In this document: positions 50,601-60,780 of the stretch, piece by piece
Position numbering within the stretch: position 1 is the first letter of the stretch
Layout of the letters: each line of letters opens with the position of its first letter
Assembly: GCA_013265495.1 (NCBI GenBank)
Contig: MU058289.1
Location: forward strand, 1,733,451-1,797,450
Source of the DNA: Vicugna vicugna
Lineage: Eukaryota
Length of the DNA: 64,000 nucleotides
Direction: 5' to 3'
Translations under genes and position numbers: made by a program
Notes under the pieces: model-generated
The model's input: the letters and a program-made list of their open reading frames with translations, nothing else
What the model was told of the DNA's origin: nothing
Database searches by the model: none

Positions 50601-51190
50601 GGATCTGGGGGAATCTTCTTTACGATATTCCTATTTTAACAACTAGTGATAATTCTATTTTAATGACTTTCCACCCTTTTTTAAAATCAGAGGTCCTATC
50701 CACATGTCAAGCCTCCCCAAAACCTATTAATATCCCTTAATGGTAAGGGTAAGAAATCTCTCTTTTGCACAGAGTCCTCCTAATATCTGGCAAATGTGTC
50801 AGACAAGTCAAATAGGCTGTAGGAAGGTGTCAGAGATATAAATGGGAAATTAGTCTGACTTAAAGGCAGGAATCAGGTGCTAATTGCATTCATCAAGACA
50901 GTAAATATTGAGATGTTCACTCTGATTAAGACATGGATAAAATGAAGACTGGATTAAAGAGATCACTTCATCTTTAGTAAGAAAATATTTATTTATTTCC
51001 ACAATCTCAACTATTCATTTTGAGTGATGATTTTAAAGTGCTTTTCTAAGTTAGAGCATGACCTTTGCCATTAATACTCACCCCCAAATAACTGTATTTT
51101 AATAAAGATGTGTTTTATTGATCTTGGAATAAGACTTTAAAAAAATTGTTTCTTATTATCTTGTCACTTGAAAAAAATCAGTGATCTATT

Positions 51191-51249
51191 CTTTTTTAGA
51201 ATCTCAAATTTCCCTTTATTTTTTCCAGCTTTGTTGAGGTATAATTGAC
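51191..51249 (-). mobile_element. Ultra-short L1 3'-tip insertion with 14-bp TSD
   Basis: atcagtgatctatt at 51177-51190 and 51250-51263. The insert ends in the L1 tip cagctttgttgaggtataattgac. Confidence 0.75.
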
Positions 51250-51442
51250 ATCAGTGATCTATTTGAACCTTTTACGTTGCACAAGAAGAATTATTTAGTT
51301 GCAGACATTTTTTCAAGAGCTACAAATGTCCTGGTCCAAAAAAGGAAATTCTTTTTAAAATTGAGGTATAATTGGTTTACAATGATGTGTTAAGTTCTGG
51401 TGTACACCATATGATTCAGATATATATATATATATCTGATTA

Positions 51443-51549
51443 ATAGAATTTGCAATTTCTGTAGGGCAGTATGAAGGGAATCTTTATCTGCTGTACAGTT
51501 ATACAGAAACATCACAGACACACTTTTAAATAAATCTTTACATATACCA
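51443..51549 (+). repeat. Second copy of 50485-50600, inserted into a (TA)n tract of the L1 3' UTR
   Basis: About 7 substitutions and one 9-nt indel relative to the donor. TA runs on both sides. Confidence 0.92.
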
Positions 51550-51945
51550 TATATATGCACATATACATATATGTATATATATATATTTCCAATTCTTTTC
51601 CAGTATAGGTTATTATAAGATATTGAATATAAGTCCCTGTGCTATACAGTAAATCTTTATTGGACTTACCTTAAATCTGTTTTATGTATAATAATGTGAA
51701 TCTGTTAATCCCATACTCCTAATTTATCCCTCCCCTTACTTCCACTTTGGTAACCAAAAGTTTGTTTTCTATGTTTGTGAGTGTGATTTTGTTTTTTAAA
51801 TAAGTTTACTTGTGTCATGTTTTTAGATTCCACATATAAGGATATCATATGATATTTTTCTTGCTCTTTCTTGCTTACTTCACTTAGTATGACCAATCCA
51901 TCCATGTTGCTGCAAATGGCATTATTTCATTCTTTTTTAGGTTGA

Positions 51946-51946
<1 letters not shown>

Positions 51947-52002
<56 letters not shown>
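51947..52002. repeat. Perfect (TA)n microsatellite, about 28 units
   Basis: Directly visible. Confidence 0.97.
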
Positions 52003-52006
<4 letters not shown>

Positions 52007-53115
52007 ACAACTTTATCCAATCATCTGTTGATAGATTTAGGCTGCTTCCATGTCTTGCCTATTGTAAATATTGCTGCTACGAACATTGGGGTGCATGTAT
52101 CAAAAAAAGGGAATTCTCACAGTACTTCCTTGCTTCTTAGCCACATCTGGGTCCCCCAAACCTCACTGCAAACCTCACTAAAGTCCGGCCCGTCCTGGCC
52201 ACTCACACACACTGCCAGCTCTGCTCAGAGCCTGCTGTGTGGATCTTGGTCAACTTGTCCAGCTGGGCCTTCGTAAGGAAGGAAGAGCAGACCTTGTCCG
52301 GGAGGGACGCTGAATAAAATACCACAGTCAGAATGTCAGGTTTTATTTGTTTTTAAAGAGAGAATAAATTAAGGTGAACGTGTTCTTAGGAAGGCTGTGG
52401 GTGTGTAGTTGGGGACCATAGTGAGGTACCCCAAGAATCCAGTTATGAGGGAGGAGAGAATGACCTAAGGGCTAAGTGATGAAATTGACAGGAGTTGAGT
52501 CAAAGCTGAGTTCTTCAGAGTCAGTTTGTCAACGGGAGCTTTCTTGGAAATATCTCAAAAAAAGAAAAAAACTGTTTCTTAAAAGCATGTCTAGTTCACT
52601 CAAGAGAGGCAGGGAGAGACTATGAGAGGGCCCCCTCCTAAGACCCTCCCTAGGGAATCCTGGCAGCACGAGCTGCCATCCTTATCCTACGAGCAGGGCT
52701 GCCCACGTGAAGATGGATACCAGGCTGTGATGCCCAGAGACATTCAAACTCCCACTTTTTGCATAGCCACGTGTTCGCCTGGAGGAGGAGAATGTGCAGG
52801 TCATGGAGACCCAAGCTTAGCCCTCCCTGTGGGTGGTCCCTCTCCATCAGTACATGGGCAGGCTGATTTTTTATAGCAGTCCTGAGCTAGTCTCATGAAA
52901 CACAGTCCCTGAGAGATGGATGCACTCACCGCATGCTGGCAAAACCCAGCTTCCAAGCCTACAGGGCCAATGGGCAGACCCTGCACTGTGACAGTTTTGC
53001 CAGCTGTCCCCTAGGAGGCCTGGTAAGAGCAGGCCAGCCACACACTTCAGCTCCCTGCCCAGCTGCAGCCTTGGAGGCTACTTTCAAACTAGTGACTCTT
53101 GACTGTTTCCGCCTA

Positions 53116-53664
53116 TGTTATGGGTCCAATTATATTCCCCAAAGATGCTGAAGTCCCACCCCCAGCATCTGTGAATGTGACACTATTGGGAAATAAGATC
53201 TTTGCAGATGATCAAGTTAAGATGAGTTCATTAGTTCCAGTTTGACTGGTGTCCTTATAAAAAGGGGAAATTTGGATACACAGAGGGAAGATGAGGTGAT
53301 GAGACAGAGGGAACACCACCTCCAAACCAAGGAATACCCTAGGCTACAAGAATCTAAGAGAGAGGCGGGAGGAGGCTCTCAGCCCTCACCAGGAACCAAT
53401 CCTGCTGACATCTTGATTTCAGATTCCTAGCCTCTTGGGGGAGGGTATAGTTTAGTGATGCAGTGCATGCCTAGCATACATGAGGTCCTAGGTTCAATCC
53501 CCAGCACCTTCATTTAAATAAGTAAGTAAATAAACCCAATTCCCACCTCCCACACCAAACGAAAACAACAAATTTCTAGCCTCCAAAGAGAGAGACCACC
53601 TTTCTGTTGTATAAGGCACCCAGTCTGTGGAACTGTTTTATGGCAGTCCTAGGAAACTGATACA
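53116..53664 (+). mobile_element. MaLR solo LTR, MLT1B/C-like, interrupted by a SINE
   Basis: Starts tgttatggg, contains gactggtgtccttataaaaaggggaaatttgga, and ends ttatggcagtcctaggaaactgataca. Confidence 0.85.
53437..53569 (+). mobile_element. Vic-1-like SINE (the only plus-strand copy)
   Basis: ggggagggtatagtttagtg...gaggtcctaggttcaatccccagcacc. Imperfect TSD agattcctagcctc / aaatttctagcctc. Confidence 0.9.
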
Positions 53665-53974
53665 CCCTGTACTGGACCTTTCACCAGGGAATGCTGAATT
53701 CAAGCTCTTAATTATGATTCACCATTTAGCCCTGGTCTCTGACGTTACCTGTTGATGGAAAAGCAATGCCATAAGAATATGAACTACATGTGAACTACCC
53801 TTGGGCAGACTGGGTGTGGCCCTAGGAGAACCCCTGGCTGTGGGGAATTTCTATCAGCTGGGACAGATGCAGATGAGGAACGTTGGGACGGGGAGAAGAC
53901 AGGAGTGACACACCTGCCCTCACTCTCCCCTCGACACTGCTGTCCTGTGGACCAGTGTGTGCTGGAGAACTCTT

Positions 53975-54057
53975 CTTTTTATTTCTCTTCTAATGGGGGA
54001 ATGGGGGATTGCACTCTGAGCACGCACTCTCCCACTGAGCTATACCTCCCACCCCCA
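53975..54057 (-). mobile_element. Internally deleted Vic-1-like SINE
   Basis: ggggattgcactctgagcacgcactctcccactgagctatacctccc lacks the aacccaggacctcg segment. Flanks tggagaactctt / tggaaactctt. Confidence 0.7.
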
Positions 54058-56949
54058 TTGGAAACTCTTAAATGTTGCATTTGTGCTTAAAATGGGGACT
54101 AGAGGTAAACCTGATCATGAATGAAGAGTCGAAGAGGGAAGAGGACGTGTGAAGGGATGTTTTCTTGGATGCAGCGAAAACCCCATAGAAAATTTAAACT
54201 GGGAGCTGCCTGGCACATGCAGGAGGGAGACCTCAGGCCACAGCGGGGCGGGGCACATGCAGCCTGCCAGGTGGCCACAGCTTCCTTTGATTTCTTCTTT
54301 TGAGTGTTCCCCTCCTTCGTGACTGCTTTTCAGATCTTTCTCACTTATATTTGCCTTGAAATAATCTTTCACGAGGCTCAGTCTTTCAGGGATGGTAAAG
54401 ATGCCGGGGGGGGTACCCTCACAAGGGTCCCCACATTTCTAAACCTGCCTCTCTTATTTCTCTCCCAGAGAGAGGCAGGAAGACTATTCTTTGCAAACAA
54501 CCGTTGGTTGCCCACTGGTCTTAGAGTTTGCTGTTTGTGGGAAGAGCAGTGAGTTTTATGAAGTGACATCTTTTGGTCTGCGGGCCAGAGTCAGGGAATG
54601 TGAGTCTCAGGAGGGAGAGGAGAGGAGAGTGAGGATGGAGTATAAACCCAGAGCTCACCATCTGCTTCCAGCGGCATTTTCTAGCTGAGGGGCCCAGGGC
54701 ACACACTTGACCCCTCCCGATGCCCTGTTTCTCTGACTATAAACAGTAGTAACATCAGCACCTGCTCCAGAGGAAGTGCCCAGCACGAAGTTGGGCACAG
54801 TTAGAAGTGTGTTGTATCTGAATTTGAGTCAGTATGTTCTCCATTCACAAGACCGTTTTAGCAGCTACCTAATGACTAGTCCCCGATGCTGAAAGAAAAT
54901 GCCTTTCCGGCAACACTGTGAGCACCTGAAATGGAAAAGATGCTGAGGTCATTCACCGTCCTCAGTGGAGTCAGTCTCTCTGGCTGGCAAGGTGTGGCCG
55001 TGTCCTTGGGAAACATCAATTAGGGGGTGAATGTGACTGGTGGTGTCCCCACCGCCATGCTGCTGTGCTGGAGGTGACTGCAGGCTGCACCCCTGGAGCT
55101 TGGCCGATGCAATGGGGAGCTCGTCTGGCAGCTGCCCTCAAGACAGCAAAGATGGGTAAAGATGGCCAATGAGCAAAGACAGGTAAAACCAAGGCAGATG
55201 GCCAGGGACCGAGCCCATGTCCAGCGGCAGCCTGGGCTCACCTTGAGGCCGAGCTGGTGGCCAAGTGTGGCCCTGCGAAGGCTCTGCCTCTCTTTGGAGA
55301 GTGGAGGAGCTGGTGGTTTCTGCCCTGCCGTGTGTCCCACGGGACTGAACGGCACTGAACAAATTTCCAGAGAGGGTTTCCCATCAGACATCTCTGAGTT
55401 TTGGAAGAACTAGAAATAAACATGAATGGCAGGTACTGCTTAGGCTAAAACACACACAAATGTATCATAAATCCCAAACCAAGACTCCGATTCTTATTTC
55501 AAGCAAAAAAGCCCATGTTTTTAGCAACACTTTGCCTGGAAAGGTTGTACAAAGGGCTGGCACAAACCCTGTCTTACCCGAGGAGCTGATCCCTGAGAAC
55601 AAGTGAACACCCATGAAACATGAGGATTAAAATTAGGTGGGTTTTTTTTTTCCCCAACCGCCTTACTTTTAATAGGTATTTAGCAGAAATCTGCATTTTT
55701 TCACTTGAAACATGCCTTGCCTTTGTTGGCCAGCTTATGTGTACCAGTCTGCCTGCCTGTTTCCGCTGGCTTGTCATGCTCACTAATTAGAGAGCTGCCG
55801 CCTGATTCACCTTGTTAATTAGAGGGACTTGCACACGGAGCCCTTCGGGCAGTGAGCGAGAGAGCCTCACACCACTGCCCCGAGAACGCTGCGTCTGTGA
55901 AGTCATTCTTCTCATCTACCTTCTATTTTTCATTTGAAATGAATAAATCATTGAGATTTTTTCCTTGTGGAGTGAGAATGCAAGAATTCACATCTCTGTA
56001 AGATGTAAATTACATGTGATCAATAGGAAGGGATGACTCGTGTTTTGTACTTACATGATTTCCTAATTTACTTCTTGTCAGTGTATGAAAAACGGCCTGA
56101 AATGTGTGTCTCCTCGCCATGAGTCAGTGTCCTTCATCTGGTAAAGGAGGGTGGTGAGTGAGAAACACAGCTCGCGGAGTCTGGTCTGGTGGTGGGTTGT
56201 TCGTTTGCACAGAGGGAGGGACGCCTCTGAAATCCTGACCTCAGAGGAGAGGGTTTGACCAGCTCCTTCTTCTCCAGCTGCCCCCGGGCCCCAGCCGCCC
56301 AGCGGGTAATTTTGATGGAGATATTTCTTGTGTAATGGAGATCTCCACTTCTTGGAATTGAGATTTTAGATATATCATGTACTTTTAAAAAATCAAAACA
56401 TTGAAATGATAGTTTGGCTTGATCGGACCACTGACACAATCACAGAAGCAGTAGTGCCTTTCAGCACCCTGTTGCCTTCTATTCCAACCTGCAAAACTTT
56501 TCTGAAATTCGTTTCAGTGGCTTTCTCTCCAACTGCTTGGTTAAAACGAATCATTATAGTTAAACCAGAACAGGAGAAGTCAGGGAACTCTCATTAGTTG
56601 AAAGGAAGGTGGTGGAGATGTAGCTTTCCCATAAAAAAAAAAAGAGATGGATGGGGCTCAGCCCCGCTAAGCCTGGGTGTCTCTGCTGAGAAGCCTGTTC
56701 AATAACCCCATTATCAGTCTGTGTGGTTAGATAGTATCTTAAACAGGGTTAACCTTTTTGTTCACCCACAACATTCACAGTAATTGTACGCAGTCACTTG
56801 CAGAGATTTTGGCAAAAGATTTGCAAATATTTCTTTAGGAAAAGGAAAGAATTTTATACCTGCTCTTCCTGGGAGAGGCACAGACCGGGGAAACTGTTCT
56901 CTCGATGCTTTTTCCACCATTCTCAACATCTGATTTTGTGCCCACGAGC

Positions 56950-57990
56950 ACGCATTGAGCACTTGCTGCGTGGAAAACACTGCCCCAGCCTGAGGGAACC
57001 CCTGGGACACAGAGGTCATTCCTGTCCTCAGGACCCCATGTGTGGGTGGAAGAAAGAACTGGAGAAGTAGATCATTACCAGAGTGCTGGGTGCTGGGATG
57101 TCTGCACAGAATAGGGGGTCAGGACTGAGGTCACCAAGGGAGGGATGTCTATGAGGGTCATTGGGACTAAGCAGAGCTGGCTAGGTGGAAGAGACCTTGC
57201 AGGCAGGGAGCACAGCACGTGCGAAGGTGTGGAAATGCCAGGTGTGTTACTGGAGTGTGAACAGCGGGGAGGCTAGAGGATGAATGAGTCGGAGGGGAGA
57301 GGGCTGCGGAGGAGGGAGGCACTAGTCAGGTCCCCAAGGCCAACATTCTACCCTGGACATTACCTCCAGTTTGCAGTATTACTGCTGGCACTGCTACAGC
57401 CTCCAGCCCCGGCAGAGGGATCAGTGTGTGACAGCCCCAGACCTGGGTTTGGGCTCAGCAGGATCTCCTGCAGGTCCGTAGGACTCCATAGGAGGATGCA
57501 GAAGTGCACCTGGCCTCTTCGGCACGTCTGCCATTCTGCCCAGCTCCAGCCCATCGGATGTAGGGAGTAGAGGGGGTGATGGGGGCAGATATTGACCTGC
57601 CAGGAATCTCATGGTCAAAAGAAGCTGTCCTTGCAAGAGCCTCCACCTGTTTGACCTTGCGAATTTTACTGAAGATCCAGGTGGCAGCCTGGGCCCTCAC
57701 ACAGCACGTCCCAAACACCTCGTTCAGTCCCTCAAGTGGGGTTTGAGCACCCGCCCTTTGCTAGGGTCAGTGCAAATAGCCAGGGTTACAAAGATAAAAG
57801 TTGCCTTTAAGAAACTCACAGAGATGGCAGAAGTGATGCGTGTTTACAGAGAAGTAGAAAATGCACTGCTAAGTATCAAAGCGGCAGCCCAAAGAGGGAG
57901 GTGTCACTCAGGGGAGGTGACACTGGGATGAATAGGATGTATTAGACTGAAGTGGTGGCGAAGGCTTTTCTAGGCAAGGAGCAGTAAGTG
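56950..57990 (-). mobile_element. Highly decayed L2 fragments
   Basis: gcaggcagggagcacagcacgtgcgaaggtgtgga (~57200) and tgagcacccgccctttgctaggg...gttgcctttaagaaactcacag (~57740-57820). Confidence 0.45.
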
Positions 57991-58624
57991 CCGGGTTCAG
58001 GAGCTGCAAGGATTCATTCAGGTTCTGACTCAGGGAATGAGCCTGGAGGGTTTGCAGTAGGGTCCCAGGGGATGAGGATCTGTGGGTTTAGGGCAGAGTG
58101 GAAACAGGATCAGATTTCAATCGATAAAGGAGGCTTTTGCCAGCCCCTCCCTAGTTGTACAACACCAGAGGTGCTTTCCACGATATTTTGTAAGTGTTGC
58201 ACCTACAGTGTGATGGCAGAGGCTCTTTTCCCATCCAGGCAAGAGCTAGCCAGGTCTGAACCAGCAGGGACTGAGAGAAGATTCTCAGATTGAACAGTCA
58301 GGGCTTGGGTGGTGAGAGGGCAAGGGCCATCCAGAAGGAGGCTTACAGTTTTGGGGACTGAGCTTCGGAGTGAATTAATAGCTTTCTATTTGCAGAATCT
58401 TAACAATTGCATCTCTTAGAGATGTGAGACTTCCTGCTTCACAGCTTACTGGTTTACTGCCACAGAAATGGAAAATCTAGCCACATTTGCACCCACCGTC
58501 CAAGTGGTGTTGGATTCGATGATGAATTCATCACCGCCAGGACACACCACTGCTTCTAAATTAGTTAAGATGACAGTTGCAAGCTGCACCAGCTTTATAT
58601 GGTACAACCCCACCCCCTTTTAAA

Positions 58625-58823
58625 TTAATTTTTTTAATATTGACATTTTCTTTTTTTATCAACATATAGTCGATCTATAATGTTATGTTAATTTCTGGCG
58701 GTTTGGGGTTTTTTTTGAGGGGGGAGATGATTAGGTTTATTTATTTAATGGAAGTACTGGGGATTGAACCCAGGACCTCGTGCCTGCTAAGCACGCATTG
58801 TATCACTGAGCTATACCTTCCCC
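58625..58823 (-). mobile_element. Vic-1-like SINE (58700-58823) directly joined to an L1 3' tip (58625-58699)
   Basis: Antisense SINE head gaagtactggggattgaacccaggacctcgtg...gagctataccttcccc. L1 tip atatagtcgatctataatgttatgttaatttctgg. Confidence 0.85.
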
Positions 58824-59084
58824 GCTGCTCCCTTTAAAAAAAAAGGTCTCTCTTCCCTACGGTGAGTGGTCAGGCTTGTGCCAGGCAGGAGGGAGGGCCA
58901 AGATTTCTAGGTAGAGAGCATATATGGGTGTTCATCATGTCATTTTTTTCAACTGTGTATTTTGAAAATTCTCACAAAGTTAGGGGATATCTTTGATTTT
59001 CCATTTATATCATCACTTTAAAAATGCCCTGTCCCAGTGGGCATTTGGGTCTTTTAGGGTTTTCCAAATACAGTCTCTGGACCA

Positions 59085-59850
59085 TCAGTATGAGAATCAC
59101 GAAATAACATATACAAATGGCCAATGAGCACATGAAAAGAAGTCAGCATCAGTCAAGAAAGTGCAAATAAAAAGCACACTGGGATGCCATGGCACACCCA
59201 CTAGAATGGCTAAGCGTGAAAGGCTGGCGACACCAAGCGTTGGTGAAGATGTTCGGCAACTGGAAGTCTGGTATGTTGCTGATGGGATCATAAAGTGGGA
59301 TGCCACTTTGGAAAACAGTTTGGCCCTTTCTTACAAATTGAACATGCCCGTACTGTACAACCCAGGCACCAAAGAGAATTGAAAACCTGTGTCCACACAG
59401 ACTTGTATTGGGGTGTCCATAGCTTTGTATTTGTAATAGCAAAAAACTGGAGACAACGATACTATCACACCTGGAGAGAAGAGAAACAGACTGTGATCAG
59501 TCCCTACAAAGAGAGGAGCTACCGATACGTGCAGCAACCTGAACAAGCCTTTAAAACCTTGTGCTGAGCTAAAGCAGCAGACACAATAGAGGATGTAATG
59601 GACTGTTCCTTTATGTGAAATCCTAGAACAAGCTACGCTTAATCTATAGGCACAGAACGCAGATTTGCCTGGGGCTGGAGGTCAGGGAGGAGAGAGCATT
59701 GACCACAGAGGGACAAGAGGGAAATTTCTGGAGTGTAGGAACTTCTCTACATCTTGATGGGCAGTAGTTACACAGGTGTCAAAAGGTACTCTTGAGATGG
59801 GTGAATTTCTTCTGTGCAAATTATATCTTAATAAAGTTGATTTAAAATAT
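59085..59850 (+). mobile_element. Old L1M 3' end (ORF2 C-terminus remnant and 3' UTR)
   Basis: atatacaaatggccaatgagcacatgaaaaga; ORF MQIKSTLGCH..PTRMAK. Ends aaattatatcttaataaagttgatttaaaa. Confidence 0.85.
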
Positions 59851-59891
59851 ATACTTTTTTTTTCTCTGTGTGGCAGTATGGACTCTTTTAG

Positions 59892-60020
59892 CTAGTGTTT
59901 CTCAGAATGTGGTTTCTGGACCTTGTGCATCAGTATCACCAGGAGAGCTGGTAAAAACTTGACTCGGGGGCTGCTACCCTACCCTCGACCCACTGAACCT
60001 GAATCTCAGGGCATGGGGGA
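59892..60020. mobile_element. MER5A-like hAT fragment
   Basis: tagtgtttctcagaatgtggtttctggacc...catcagtatcacc...cactgaacctgaatctc. Confidence 0.6.
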
Positions 60021-60604
60021 GGATGCGTTGTGTGTGCCCAACGTAGGCGACTCTTCCACAAGTGGGGTGTCTGTCGCTGCACCCTGGAGGCTGCTATGAG
60101 CAGCTCTGACCTAGGGCAGAGGCTGGTCTCCAAAGCTCCGTGAAACAAGCCAGTGCTGGTGGCAACATTATTAGTGTGGATTTCAAACAATAGCGGTTGG
60201 CAGTGCCTGGTGGGAAAAGAGACTTGGAAAATTACTCAGAGGAATTCCATGCAGACCAACCTGCCGTGTAACTTTTCCAGCTTCCATTTAGTCGAAAGGG
60301 AAAGACATGCTATGAAGGTGAGGTGAGGCTGAAACTTGTGAAAAAGTACCTCAGCGAAAGGACTAATTGCAGGCAGGGCAGACACAGGAATATTTTCTGA
60401 GGCTAGTACTCAAGCCAGGCTGCACAGCAGGATCTTGTGGACCTTTAAAGAAATCTAATTTATCTTTTTATCAAAGTAGTACATGGAAACTTTTTTTTAA
60501 GTGAATATGATTTTAAGTTAATAGTACTAAAGGATGTATACTTTTAAAAAGAAAAACATCAGTCCTTCATTCCTGTTCCTTGGAGACAAACATTTAAGTT
60601 TTTA

Positions 60605-60780
60605 AACCTGAAATGTACAGTTTGATGACGTTTTACATCTGTATCCACCCAACCCCTCCCAGATCAAGATCTAGACCATTTCCAGCACCTTTGAATATTC
60701 CCCAGTACCCCTGCCCAGTTAATATTTCCCCCCTCCCAAAACCACTATCCAGACTTCCGTCACCATCAATTAGTTTCAAG
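60605..60780 (-). mobile_element. Old L1M 3' UTR fragment
   Basis: aaatgtacagtttgatgacgttttac...cagatcaagatctagaccatttccagcacc. Confidence 0.6.

Larger units (their letters stand above)
51352..52100 (-). mobile_element. 5'-truncated L1 3' end carrying a captured local segment and a long (TA)n
   Basis: ORF 51705-51905 (ILSEVSKKEQEKYHMISL) matches the ORF2 C-terminus. Imperfect TSD caaaaaaggaaattct (~51338) / caaaaaaagggaattct (52101-52117). Confidence 0.88.

Noticed and set aside
58518..58580. ATGATGA resembling a snoRNA box C
   Set aside because: No suitably placed CTGA box D with a terminal stem.
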